Positions 21,695 to 31,153 of a stretch of 64,000 bases of DNA are shown here, piece by piece. The stretch is from Vicinamibacterales bacterium (GTDB lineage Bacteria; Acidobacteriota; Vicinamibacteria; Vicinamibacterales; UBA2999), in contig DASUGH010000043.1 in NCBI GenBank assembly GCA_036274155.1, forward strand, positions 11,165 through 75,164, read 5' to 3'. The translations under genes were made by a program, and so were the position numbers. Each line of letters opens with the position of its first letter. Position 1 is the first letter of the stretch. A model generated the notes under the pieces. The model ran no database searches. It was not told where the DNA came from and worked only from the letters and a program-made list of their open reading frames with translations.

Positions 21695-22684
21695 TTACTG
21701 GATCTGGCCGTCGGTCGAGACGACCAGCTGCGCCCCGGGGTTGTTCGACAGTGTCAGAGAGAACTGCTTCATCGGACCGGTCGCACCCGCCGGGCGCTCG
21801 AGAATGAGCCGGTGCTGCATCATCTGCTTGATGTAGCGGGCGGTGATGCTCTGCGCCAGCTCCGGGAGAATCGTCGTGCCGAGCGAGCTGGCACCGGTCT
21901 GGCTGATCGGAACGTAGCGTCCCTTCGTGAACTGGAAGACGGCGTTGGCGAGCTCGGACGTCTGCGCCTCATCGGCATCGATCGTCGGAGCGTTCCCTGG
22001 TTCAGCCGCGGCCTTCGAGGGCTGAACCATGATCATGTTGGTCCAGACGTGGTGCTTGCGCAGCGACTTCAGCATGTCCTGATTCAGGTCGCGCTGCACG
22101 TGGCTGCCGTCCTGCTGCGTCGTGGCAATCGAGACGAGGACGGGCAGGTAGGGTGGCAGCTGCTCGGGCGAGACCTTACGGAACTCCTCGTCGAGACGCC
22201 TCGAGTATTCGTACAGGGCGTCGCTGAACTTGCCCAGCCCATCGTCCTGCGTGATCAGATTGACGCCTTTCTGGATCTGGACGCGGTCCTTCGTATCCTT
22301 GAACAGGAAGCGCGGGTTGGGTGCCGTCGTGAGCATCGTGACCGGAACTTCGGGAGGAAGACCTTCGAAGAATTTCTTCAGGCCGTTGCGGTAGTGCAGG
22401 AGCAACGACTCGGTCTTGGTGCCGTTATCGACCAGGACCGTCACTTTGAGAGGCCAGCCGAATCGGTTGACGCTCACCACGGTGCTTTGCCCGACGTCTT
22501 CCTTGACCGTCAGATCGGAAGGCTTGATGTCGAGCACCGGCACGCCCTTCGGATCCGTCACGAAGATGTAGAGGGCAAATTGATCCTGTGCGCGAATCGC
22601 TACGGTCGCCACCGCAGCAACACCCACCAGCGACGCGAGCACGACAGCCCTCATTTTCCGAGGCCGCCACTGAATCCTTGCCAT
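21695..22684 (-). CDS. Secreted hypothetical protein, VWA-like (paralogue of 22882-23859)
   Basis: Signal peptide, VTDPKGVPVLD, PLKVTVLVDNG, TTAPNPR. Confidence 0.6.
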   Translation of the reverse strand: MARIQWRPRKMRAVVLASLVGVAAVATVAIRAQDQFALYIFVTDPKGVPVLDIKPSDLTVKEDVGQSTVVSVNRFGWPLKVTVLVDNGTKTESLLLHYRNGLKKFFEGLPPEVPVTMLTTAPNPRFLFKDTKDRVQIQKGVNLITQDDGLGKFSDALYEYSRRLDEEFRKVSPEQLPPYLPVLVSIATTQQDGSHVQRDLNQDMLKSLRKHHVWTNMIMVQPSKAAAEPGNAPTIDADEAQTSELANAVFQFTKGRYVPISQTGASSLGTTILPELAQSITARYIKQMMQHRLILERPAGATGPMKQFSLTLSNNPGAQLVVSTDGQIQ

Positions 22685-22881
22685 GCGAATACTCCCTCTT
22701 CGAGCCTGGGCGGAAAACGGACGGCCACACCCGGACTGCCGATTCGACGGCAGCCCGAGCCGGCCGCAGTGCATCAATTATAGGACAGCCTCGTTAGCCC
22801 GTAGTGAAAACCAACTGACGGTGCTGTGCCCCCCTTCGACTGAGAGGCACCGGGCACAGAGATTCATCTCATCACGGCCTG

Positions 22882-23859
22882 CTAGTATCGTCCGTTCCCG
22901 CTCACGGCGGCGGCGAGACCAGCCCGCGTGACGCGCAGATCGAGATTCTGGGGGTTGATCTGGCCACTGACGCCGGCTGGACGCTGAAGAACGAGCCGGT
23001 ACTGATTCGTCTGTTTGGTGTGCAAGTCGCCCAGCGCCTTGCCCCACTCAGCCAGGGTGCCCGGAATGTTCCTTGGATCGGGTATCGCCTGGAACTGACC
23101 GCGCGTGGACTGCACGAGCAGGCGGGCGATCGTCCCCTGCCGGCCCTCGGTCAAATCGCGGACATATTCGCTGCTGCCCACCTTCGAGGTCGTCATGATC
23201 ACCGACCCGACCGCTCCGTTCTTGGCCATCGTCCCGATCGACTTCTGCACGTCCTGCAGCTGGTATGTCGTCGCATCATCGGCGGGAGTTGCGATCATGA
23301 TGAGAAACGGCAGGTAGTTGACCTTCTTCGCCTTGACATCCTTGTCGAGCCGATCGCCGAACTCCATCAGCGCGTCGGTGAAGCGCGGCGACTCGCTTTC
23401 ACGGCCCAACCGCCCGAACGCCTTCTTGATCTCACCCCGATCAGTCGTGGGACGGACAACCTGCCGCGGCTGCGGGGCAGTCGTCCAGACGTTGATTTCC
23501 AGGTCGGGTGGCAGCGCGTCCACCAGCCCTGTCAGCCCCGTACGATAGAACTCGACTGCCCGATCGGTGTCGGGGCCGTTGTCGATGGCCAGCGTCAGTT
23601 TCACCGGGAGGTTATATCGCTCCAGCGTCACCACCTTCCCCGGCATGCCGCTCTCGGACATCGAAATGTCTTCAGGCTTCAGATCGACCACCGGTTTGCC
23701 GCTGGCGGCTTCCGTGACCGCCAGGAAGACCTGAAACTGATTGTCCTGGGCGGCGACGGCGAGCGTCGAGAGCGCCGCAACGACCGCCACGCCAAATACT
23801 CCAGAGGCGAGGCGAATAGGCCTTCGATGAAGCCGGCTAGGCCGATATGAACGTGCCAT
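22882..23859 (-). CDS. Secreted hypothetical protein, VWA-like (paralogue of 21695-22684)
   Basis: Signal peptide, GKPVVDLKPED, PVKLTLAIDNG, TTAPQPR. Confidence 0.6.
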   Translation of the reverse strand: MARSYRPSRLHRRPIRLASGVFGVAVVAALSTLAVAAQDNQFQVFLAVTEAASGKPVVDLKPEDISMSESGMPGKVVTLERYNLPVKLTLAIDNGPDTDRAVEFYRTGLTGLVDALPPDLEINVWTTAPQPRQVVRPTTDRGEIKKAFGRLGRESESPRFTDALMEFGDRLDKDVKAKKVNYLPFLIMIATPADDATTYQLQDVQKSIGTMAKNGAVGSVIMTTSKVGSSEYVRDLTEGRQGTIARLLVQSTRGQFQAIPDPRNIPGTLAEWGKALGDLHTKQTNQYRLVLQRPAGVSGQINPQNLDLRVTRAGLAAAVSGNGRY

Positions 23860-23948
23860 GAAAGTCCCTCTCTTTCGTTCGAGGCCCGGGCAGCGTCCCG
23901 GGAACCTGTCGAATAGGCGCGCGCAAGCCCACCTGTTATATTTCGGCG

Positions 23949-25256
23949 ATGCCCTCTTCGCAAAGCGTGATCGTGCAGCCTGCCCGGTGCGTCCGCGGCG
24001 AGGTTCGCCCGCCGGGCGATAAGTCTATCTCGCATCGCTACGCCCTGCTCGCGGCGCTCTCCGACGGGGTGACCACGATCGGCGGATATTCTACAGGCGC
24101 CGATTGCGCTTCGACCCTCTCATGTTTGCGGGCGCTGGGCGCCGGTATCACGGAGCTCGGTGCAGACTCAGCTGGCCTTCACATCCGTATCGAGGGCCGC
24201 GGGCTCAGAGGGTTGGCCCCGCCGGCCGGCACGCTCGATGCCGGTAATTCGGGCAGTACGATGCGGATGCTGGCCGGCATCCTGGCCGCTCACCCGTTCA
24301 GCTCCACCATAACCGGCGACTCCTCGCTGAGACGCCGGCCGATGCGCCGCATCATCCAGCCGCTCGAGCGTATGGGCGCGGCAATCGACTCGCTCGAAGG
24401 CCGGCCCCCGTTGACCATCCACGGCACGAGCGCGCTTCGTCCCATCGACTTTGCGCCCGAGGTGCCGAGCGCCCAGGTGAAGAGCGCCGTGCTGCTCGCC
24501 GGACTCCATGCCGAGGGTGTGACGACCGTCAACGAGGCCATCCAGACGCGCGATCACACCGAGCGTGCGCTGACGGCGTTCGGCATCGAGGTTCGAACGG
24601 CGGGTCGGGCCGTGTCGGTCAGCGGCGGACAGCGGCTGCGGGCACAGGCGCTCGAAGTCCCGGGCGATATCTCGTCGGCCGCCTTCTGGATGGTTGCCGC
24701 TGCCGCTCTTCCCGGTTCCGAGGTGGTGATTACCGGCGTCGGCCTCAACCCGACACGCATGGGCATCGTCAACATTCTTCGCCGGATGGGCGCCGAGATA
24801 CAGGTGGAGATTCGAGAAGCTGACGCGGGAACTGAACCGACCGGACGGATCACCGTCCGTCATCGCACGCTGGTGCCGGCGCAGGTGACTGCCGACGAGG
24901 TCCCCGGGGTGATCGACGAACTGCCGGTGCTGGGCGCGCTGGCGACGCAGGGCGGCGAGCTGCACGTGAGCGGCGCGCAGGAGTTGCGGGTCAAGGAGAG
25001 TGACCGCATTTCCGCCCTGGCCGATGGCTTCCGCCGGATGGGCGCCGACATCGACGAAGCCGCCGACGGCTTCTCGATCCGCGGCCATCAGCGGCTGCAC
25101 GGCGGCGACGTGGACGCCCGGCACGATCATCGGCTCGCGATGTCGTTTGCGATTGCCGCGCTCGGCGCCTCCGGACCGACGACGGTGCGCGATGCCGGTG
25201 CGGTGGCGGTATCGTATCCGGAGTTCTTCACCGTCCTGGATTCGCTGCGCGCGTGA
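23949..25256 (+). CDS. aroA: 3-phosphoshikimate 1-carboxyvinyltransferase
   Basis: PGDKSISHR, DAGNSGST, SAQVKSA, RDHTER, RVKESDRI, HDHRLAM. Confidence 0.97.
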   Translation: MPSSQSVIVQPARCVRGEVRPPGDKSISHRYALLAALSDGVTTIGGYSTGADCASTLSCLRALGAGITELGADSAGLHIRIEGRGLRGLAPPAGTLDAGNSGSTMRMLAGILAAHPFSSTITGDSSLRRRPMRRIIQPLERMGAAIDSLEGRPPLTIHGTSALRPIDFAPEVPSAQVKSAVLLAGLHAEGVTTVNEAIQTRDHTERALTAFGIEVRTAGRAVSVSGGQRLRAQALEVPGDISSAAFWMVAAAALPGSEVVITGVGLNPTRMGIVNILRRMGAEIQVEIREADAGTEPTGRITVRHRTLVPAQVTADEVPGVIDELPVLGALATQGGELHVSGAQELRVKESDRISALADGFRRMGADIDEAADGFSIRGHQRLHGGDVDARHDHRLAMSFAIAALGASGPTTVRDAGAVAVSYPEFFTVLDSLRA

Positions 25257-25750
25257 AGGCTGACAAACTCTATCTCGTAGGGTTCATGGGAGCGGGAAAG
25301 AGCACCGTCGCGCGCGTGCTCGGCGCCCGGATCGGATGGCGTGTCGAGGACATCGATGTCCGGATCGAGGCCCGCGAACGGCGGTCGGTGGCGACGATCT
25401 TCGCGCAGTCGGGCGAAGCGTACTTCCGGCAGGCGGAGCGGCAGGTGCTGAGCGATCTCCTGCCACAACGCGAGCTGATCGTCGCAACTGGCGGCGGCAC
25501 CTTCGTCGAAGCCGACAACCGCGCCCTGATGCTCGCCGACGGCGCGGTGGCCTGGCTCGATGTGCCGCTCGAGCGAGTCTTTCAACGGGTTCCCGCCGAC
25601 GGCCGCCGGCCGCTGGCCGCGGATCGTGCGCAGATGCAGCTGCTGTTCGCACGGCGGCAGCTCGTTTACGCCGAGGCGCACACGCGCATCGATGCGTCGG
25701 GCCGTGTGGCGGACGTTGTGGAGCGTCTGCTCGAGTGGATCGATTTCTGA
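25253..25750 (+). CDS. aroK: Shikimate kinase
   Basis: GFMGAGKST, GEAYFR, ATGGG, RRPL. Confidence 0.95.
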   Translation: MKADKLYLVGFMGAGKSTVARVLGARIGWRVEDIDVRIEARERRSVATIFAQSGEAYFRQAERQVLSDLLPQRELIVATGGGTFVEADNRALMLADGAVAWLDVPLERVFQRVPADGRRPLAADRAQMQLLFARRQLVYAEAHTRIDASGRVADVVERLLEWIDF

Positions 25751-25757
25751 CCGCGGG

Positions 25758-25821
25758 TGGTCCGGCTGAAGCGCGACCCTACGACATGATGTTGGTCCGG
25801 CTGAAAACGGACACTACGACA
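25758..25821. repeat. Pair of degenerate GTAG-type REP-like palindromes
   Basis: tggtccggctgaagcgcgaccctacgaca and tggtccggctgaaaacggacactacgaca in tandem; the reverse complements contain a GTAG tag next to the palindrome. Confidence 0.65.
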
Positions 25822-25823
25822 CG

Positions 25824-26558
25824 ATGCGTTATCTGGTGCTGAGCGACATCCATGCGAACCTCGAAGCGCTCGAAGCGGCGCTCGCGGCGGGCCCGACTGC
25901 CGATGCGGTGCTCATCCTCGGCGATCTGGTGGGGTACGGGGCCGACCCCAACGCGGTGATCGAGCGGGTGCGCTCGCTGCCCCGCACGACGATGATCCGC
26001 GGCAATCACGACAAGGTCGGCGCCGGTATCGACAGCGTGCGCAGCTTCAATCATCTGGCGCGTCAGGCCATCGAATGGACGGCGGCAGCGCTGACGGCCG
26101 AACACCGGCAGTGGCTGGCGGAGCTGGCTCGCGGTCCGCAGGTCGTCGACGACCTGATCGAGATCTGCCACGGCGCCCCCTTCGACGAAGACTTTTACAT
26201 CTTCGATGAGCTCGATGCCCGGCGGGCACTCTCCGAACAGACACGGCCGCTGTGCCTCTTTGGTCACACGCACGTGCCGGCCGCCTTCCGGTTCGATGGC
26301 GACTTCGAGTCCTTCGGACCGCCGAAAGGCGCCAAATTCGACATCGCCCTCAATGACGCGGTGCGGTACCTGGTGAACTGCGGGGCCGTGGGCCAGCCGC
26401 GTGACGGCGACGCCCGTGCCGCGTTCGGCGTGCTCGACACGGCCAGGAAGCGGCTGACGGTCCGAAGAGTCGAGTACGACGTCGGGAGTGCTCAGGCGAA
26501 GATCATCGCCGCGGGTCTCCCCGACGTGCTCGCCCAGCGCCTGGGCGTCGGGAGGTAG
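25824..26558 (+). CDS. Calcineurin-like metallophosphoesterase
   Basis: SDIHAN, LGDLVGYG, RGNHD, CHG, GHTH, GQPRDGD. Confidence 0.92.
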   Translation: MRYLVLSDIHANLEALEAALAAGPTADAVLILGDLVGYGADPNAVIERVRSLPRTTMIRGNHDKVGAGIDSVRSFNHLARQAIEWTAAALTAEHRQWLAELARGPQVVDDLIEICHGAPFDEDFYIFDELDARRALSEQTRPLCLFGHTHVPAAFRFDGDFESFGPPKGAKFDIALNDAVRYLVNCGAVGQPRDGDARAAFGVLDTARKRLTVRRVEYDVGSAQAKIIAAGLPDVLAQRLGVGR

Positions 26559-26593
26559 AGGAACAGGCGCACGCCAGGCGGACCTGCCCGCCT

Positions 26594-26752
26594 CTACGTG
26601 CCGCCTTTTGATCCGCCGTGATCCTGACGGGCCCGTTTGCGCATTTCCGAGGCGTAGGCATCCGCCGCCGCGCGCGATCCGAGGATCCAGCCGATCACGA
26701 TCCCGATCAGCAGGACACCAGGGATGTAGATGAAATGCGCGGCGGTGGGCAT
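26594..26752 (-). CDS. Small single-pass membrane protein (52 aa), last gene of the ccm operon
   Basis: Hand translation MPTAAHFIYIPGVLLIGIVIGWILGSRAAADAYASEMRKRARQDHGGSKGGT*; ATG overlaps the upstream TGA (TGATG); below the ORF-track size cutoff. Confidence 0.75.
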   Translation of the reverse strand: MPTAAHFIYIPGVLLIGIVIGWILGSRAAADAYASEMRKRARQDHGGSKGGT

Positions 26753-27126
26753 CAGGTGCGGCCGCTCCGCTTCAACTCCGATTCGAGCCGGGAGATTTCC
26801 TGCTTCACCGCGCCCAGACGGCGCGCCAGAGACAGCAGGTAGGCAAAGAACGCGAGCATGACGAAGGCATAGGCGGCAATCACCATCGGCGCCGCCGGCA
26901 TTCGATCTTCGGGCGGGATCTCGGAGATGGGCTCGAACCCGTCCGGCGGTTTTTGCGCAGACGGCGTCTGCTGCAGGCGAAGTTGCCCAGGCACCCGCAT
27001 GACGGACGGCTGTGGCAGCGTCTGATGAGCGGCCGGGAACGCCGCCCCGCTCGCGTCGCGCACGGGCGATCCAGTCGACATCATCACGAAAAGCGCGACC
27101 GAGACTCCTAGTGACGGCGCAGGCAT
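26752..27126 (-). CDS. CcmD-like small membrane protein (N-terminally extended; start uncertain)
   Basis: TM segment MVIAAYAFVMLAFFAYLLSL followed by a charged helix; lies directly after ccmC. Confidence 0.65.
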   Translation of the reverse strand: MPAPSLGVSVALFVMMSTGSPVRDASGAAFPAAHQTLPQPSVMRVPGQLRLQQTPSAQKPPDGFEPISEIPPEDRMPAAPMVIAAYAFVMLAFFAYLLSLARRLGAVKQEISRLESELKRSGRT

Positions 27127-27129
27127 GTC

Positions 27130-27786
27130 CTATTCATCCAGGGAAAGGTAGAGGGAGTCCATGCGCGCCCGCTGTTCCTCGAGGTGGACCCGAAGGCGAA
27201 GGAGCATCACGAAGAGCAGCGTGAACGCCGTGACACTCAGATAAAAGGGCACGCCGAACGACAACGGAAGCTTCGGAACGACGCTGGTCGGCGGATGAAT
27301 CGTCCGCCAGTAGTTCACCGAGATGTAGATGAACGGCACGTTGGCGATGCCGAAGAGCGCCAGCCCGGCAGCCAGCTTGTCGGAACCTGGCCCCGCGTAC
27401 CGCCGCACGAGCAGGTAGGCCACGCCGATCATCCAGCCGAGGAGGCTGGACGTGAGGCGGACGTCCCACTGCCACCAGACACCCCACGTCTTCCGGGCCC
27501 ACAGCGGGCCGGTCACCAGCGCGATGGCGCCGAAGAGCACGAGGAGCTCCGCAGACGCCCATGCCACCCGATCGAACCTCGGGGAAGGATTCGCCAGGTA
27601 ACGCGCGCTGGCGACACCGCACACGACGCCGGCCGTCAGGAACATCCAGGCGGAGGGCGTGTGGAAGTAGAAGATCTTCTGAACCAGCCCCATATCTCGT
27701 TCGTACGGAGCCAGCGCGATGAAGACCAGCGCCGCGATGAAGAGGGCGGCGCAGGCGACGGCGGTGCGCATGAACCAGGAAGGCAT
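27130..27786 (-). CDS. ccmC: Heme chaperone-loading protein CcmC
   Basis: FYFHTP His, WWD motif WGVWWQWDVRLTS, RTIHP His. Confidence 0.93.
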   Translation of the reverse strand: MPSWFMRTAVACAALFIAALVFIALAPYERDMGLVQKIFYFHTPSAWMFLTAGVVCGVASARYLANPSPRFDRVAWASAELLVLFGAIALVTGPLWARKTWGVWWQWDVRLTSSLLGWMIGVAYLLVRRYAGPGSDKLAAGLALFGIANVPFIYISVNYWRTIHPPTSVVPKLPLSFGVPFYLSVTAFTLLFVMLLRLRVHLEEQRARMDSLYLSLDE

Positions 27787-27789
27787 CGC

Positions 27790-28479
27790 TTATCTCTGTT
27801 CGTCGGTCATGAGCGGTTCGAAGGTCCAGAGCGCGAGCGTGATGAAGACCGCGTCGAACGAGATCAGCAGCTGCACCCAGAACCGCAGGAGCGCGTAGTC
27901 GACCTCAGGCTGCAGCAGCGCCGTCGTGCCGCGAACTCCCGCCATGATGACCGGAAATGTCAGCGGATACAACAGCACCGGCAGCAGCATGTCGCGGCTG
28001 CGCGCGCGCACGAGCATCGCCGCGAACAGCGTGCCGACGGAGGCGAACCCGAGGGTACCGGTCACCACGATGACGGTCAGCCAGACCGGATGTCTGAACA
28101 TCGGCGCCTGGAAGAAGTAGGCGACGAGCGGCACGAGCAGCAGTTCGGCGGCGGTGAGCAGCGCCATCAGCCCGAGCAGCTTTCCGAGGTAGATGGCCGG
28201 CCGGGATGTGGGAGCGAGGAGCAGCGCTCGCAGCGTCTCGGACTGGCGCTCGCGCTCGAAGGTGCGGCCGAGCGCGAGGTTTCCGGAGAACATGATCGCA
28301 ATCCACAGGACGCCGGCGCCGCCGTCTTCGGGCGGCTTCCCTTCCCTGACCAGGGCAAACGCAAATGCGAGAATGCACGAGATCGCGAAGAACAGCGTCG
28401 TGAAGGCGATCTCGCCGCTGCGCGTCTCGATCGTCAGGTCCTTCCGGACGATCAGCCAGATGGTCTGCAGGACGGACAT
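27790..28479 (-). CDS. ccmB: Heme exporter permease CcmB
   Basis: RKDLTIETRS, GVLWIA, FERERQSETLRALLL, IYLGK, LLPVLLYPL. Confidence 0.92.
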   Translation of the reverse strand: MSVLQTIWLIVRKDLTIETRSGEIAFTTLFFAISCILAFAFALVREGKPPEDGGAGVLWIAIMFSGNLALGRTFERERQSETLRALLLAPTSRPAIYLGKLLGLMALLTAAELLLVPLVAYFFQAPMFRHPVWLTVIVVTGTLGFASVGTLFAAMLVRARSRDMLLPVLLYPLTFPVIMAGVRGTTALLQPEVDYALLRFWVQLLISFDAVFITLALWTFEPLMTDEQR

Positions 28480-28495
28480 GCTCAGCCGCGGCGTC

Positions 28496-29206
28496 TCACT
28501 GCGCTTCCCTGCCGATGACGTGCCGGTAGATCGATCGCAGCCCCTCCGGCCGTGCGATTGCCTGGGCAACGCGGCCGTCGCGGAGGAAGATGGCTTCGTC
28601 CAGCAGCCCGTCGGCGATGTCGAGATCGTGGGTGGCGAGCACGACCATGGCGCCGGCCGCGCGAAGCTGCTCGAGGCGTGCGACGAGCGCGCCGGCCGAT
28701 ACGTCGTCGAGGCCGGTGAACGGCTCGTCGAGGAGGACCAGCCGCGGATTCTGAATCAGTGCGCGCTCCAGCGCCACCCGCTGCCGCATGCCTCGCGACA
28801 GGCTGCTCACCGGGTCATCAGCACGATCGCTCAACCCCGCACGGGCGAGCGCATCGGTCGCCGCCCCGTAGCGGTCGTGGATCGAATAGAGCCCGCCGAA
28901 GAAGGCGAGATTCTCACGCGCTGTCAGCTCGCCATAGAGGAACAGGTCATGTCCGAGCACGCCGATACGCGCGCGGACCTGCGAGCGGTGCGAATCGTGT
29001 TGCAGGTCGCCGTAGCGAATGCGTCCGCTCGAGGGGCGCATGAGCGTGGCGAGAACGGACAGCATGGTGGACTTGCCCGCGCCGTTCGGGCCGAGCAGGC
29101 CGAGGATCCGGCCGCGCTGGATCTGGAATGAGACGCGCGAAAGGGCACGCCGGCGGCCGAAGTCGCGGGAGACGTTCTCGGCAGCGACCTCGTGGAAGTC
29201 AAGCAC
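28496..29206 (-). CDS. ccmA: Heme exporter ATP-binding protein CcmA
   Basis: GPNGAGKST, LTARENL, LSRGMRQR, LLDEPFTGLD; operon context. Confidence 0.9.
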   Translation of the reverse strand: MLDFHEVAAENVSRDFGRRRALSRVSFQIQRGRILGLLGPNGAGKSTMLSVLATLMRPSSGRIRYGDLQHDSHRSQVRARIGVLGHDLFLYGELTARENLAFFGGLYSIHDRYGAATDALARAGLSDRADDPVSSLSRGMRQRVALERALIQNPRLVLLDEPFTGLDDVSAGALVARLEQLRAAGAMVVLATHDLDIADGLLDEAIFLRDGRVAQAIARPEGLRSIYRHVIGREAQ

Positions 29207-29237
29207 GGCTCACGGCTCGCGCTGCGTGCCGCGCCCG

Positions 29238-30470
29238 CTATGCGGCAACGCCCTCCCCGCCTCCGCGGGGCGTCGTGCCTGGCACATCCAGTTCGCCGTA
29301 GATCTGTTCGAGGTCCTTGAGCAGCCGCTCGCGACGGGCAGCATACCGCTCCTCGGAGATCGAGCCGGCGCGCCGCCCACGCTCGAGGTCCTCGAGTTTG
29401 CCGAGCAGCGCCTCGCGCCGATGGACGAGCGCGTCGCGTGCGTTGGCGTCGGCCTTGCGTCCGGCCAGCGACAGCCACACGCCGATGCCGAGGATCGCCA
29501 GCGCGCCCAGCACGGCAATCGTCGAGGCCACACGGCTCTGCGCCGGGAGATTGGAGAGCTGGAGCGTCAGCGAGGATCCAGCAGGCATCGGGGCGCCGCT
29601 GCCGACCGTATAAACGGTGCCGTCGTCGGTCCGGCGTTCCTCCATCTGCGGCATCTGCGGTGACGAGACGCGCACGTCGTTGACTCGTTCGACCGCAACC
29701 ATCCACTCCTGGACCGCAACGGGCCACGTTTGCGTGACGGTGTGCTCGTGACCGGAATAGCGCAGCTCGTAGATGAGGCTGACCTTGGTCGTTCCCGGGT
29801 TGAAGGGACCCTCGACCGTCAGACGGGATCCCTCGATGCGAGCCGACTTCGGCGATCCCTCACGAAGCTCGGCGCCGACAGCCGCGCGCGGGAGGTCGAG
29901 CACGAACGGACCGGTGTCGACTCGCGTCCTCGCGCTGTTGACGATGTCGAGGTCGTAGAAGAAGCGCAGGACGTCGCTCTGAAAGTCGCCGACGATTCGA
30001 GTGCCTGCCCCCAGCACGACCACGCCTTTCACCGGCGCCGCCGCCAGTGCCTCGGCCTCTTCCCGTTTCCGGCGCTCCGCCGCGGCTGCGAGATTGGCGA
30101 CGAGAATCACGCGCAGTCCACCGGTCGTCGGGACCGTGAACGGATCCGAGATGAGCTTTTCGCCGGCGACGACCGCCTCCGCTCGCGCCTGCCCGCCGCC
30201 TGGCAGATCGCGAAATTCGGCGCGCCCGCCCTCGTCGGTCGTGGCGGTGCGAGTCTTGCCGTCGACCGACACGGTGACCGGCTGCCCGGCGATGTTGTTG
30301 CCGAGGCCTTCACGGACGACGCGAACCGTGACGACTCCGTTCGCCAACTCGCCGGCGGGAATCGCCTTTCCGTGGATCATCTCCGGCGCCGGCATGTTGT
30401 TCTGCGCCAGAGCGCCGATGCCGGTGACCAGCACCAGCGCGGCACCAAGGACGAAGGTGCGCGCGTTCAT
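29238..30470 (-). CDS. Exported beta-rich protein with C-terminal TM segment and CcmI-like helical tail
   Basis: Signal peptide; TTDEGGRAEF (carboxypeptidase-regulatory-like domain); TM; RREALLGKLEDLE...GSISEERY tail; ATGA-coupled to the upstream gene. Confidence 0.7.
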   Translation of the reverse strand: MNARTFVLGAALVLVTGIGALAQNNMPAPEMIHGKAIPAGELANGVVTVRVVREGLGNNIAGQPVTVSVDGKTRTATTDEGGRAEFRDLPGGGQARAEAVVAGEKLISDPFTVPTTGGLRVILVANLAAAAERRKREEAEALAAAPVKGVVVLGAGTRIVGDFQSDVLRFFYDLDIVNSARTRVDTGPFVLDLPRAAVGAELREGSPKSARIEGSRLTVEGPFNPGTTKVSLIYELRYSGHEHTVTQTWPVAVQEWMVAVERVNDVRVSSPQMPQMEERRTDDGTVYTVGSGAPMPAGSSLTLQLSNLPAQSRVASTIAVLGALAILGIGVWLSLAGRKADANARDALVHRREALLGKLEDLERGRRAGSISEERYAARRERLLKDLEQIYGELDVPGTTPRGGGEGVAA

Positions 30471-31153
30471 GCCGCACCCAGCCTGGCGCCACACGCCTTG
30501 CAGAAGCGAGCGTCAGCATCGTTGCGGGTGCCACAGCTCCCGCAGGCGGCCACATCACGGTCCATGGTGGCCGCCGGTGAGAGGCGGCCAGCCGAGGCCT
30601 CCTCATCGCCGGATTCAGCTGGAGCACGCTTCTCCACCGCTGTGGCCACCGCGGCCGCCGGCTGCGCGAGGCGACGGGTGATCTCGCTCTCGATCTCGGC
30701 ACGATACCCGGTGCCGGCGTCCAGCTGACGAAGGATCCTCATCGCGCGGGCTCTCAACCGGGCGCTCATCTCGGAGAAATCCTTCTCGGAGACCTTGCCC
30801 ATCGCCCGATCGAATTCGAGCTCTTTGATGGAGCGGAGGACGAGTGTCTTCTCACGCTCCAGGGCGGCGCGCGTGCGGCCGCCGATGATCGCCGGCGCGC
30901 TCGGTCCCCTGCCACTTGCGAAAGGCAACAGCGTTCGCAGCGCGGCGACGCCGATGGCGCCCGCAGCGAAGACCGTGAGAATGAGCGCAACCCGGACGGA
31001 GGACGGCAGGTAACCGGCGCGCAGCGCCACGGCCGATGCGCTGATCAACGCCGCAAGGGTGAACAGCTGCCAGGCCTGAAAGGGGGCGCGTTCCCGCGGG
31101 GTTTCAGGGTGCCGCACGAGGAGCTGCGCGTCAGTCGAGGTCTCGGAGCTCAT
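30467..31153 (-). CDS. Membrane protein with CcmI-like helix and C-terminal zinc ribbon
   Basis: Two TM segments, IKELEFDRAMGKVSEKDF, CGSCG...FCKACG. Confidence 0.75.
   Translation of the reverse strand: MSSETSTDAQLLVRHPETPRERAPFQAWQLFTLAALISASAVALRAGYLPSSVRVALILTVFAAGAIGVAALRTLLPFASGRGPSAPAIIGGRTRAALEREKTLVLRSIKELEFDRAMGKVSEKDFSEMSARLRARAMRILRQLDAGTGYRAEIESEITRRLAQPAAAVATAVEKRAPAESGDEEASAGRLSPAATMDRDVAACGSCGTRNDADARFCKACGARLGAA

Noticed and set aside
22820-22860. Hairpin CTGTGCCC...GGGCACAG between the VWA-like paralogues
   Set aside because: Short GC-rich stem without a U-tract; not enough to call a terminator or ncRNA
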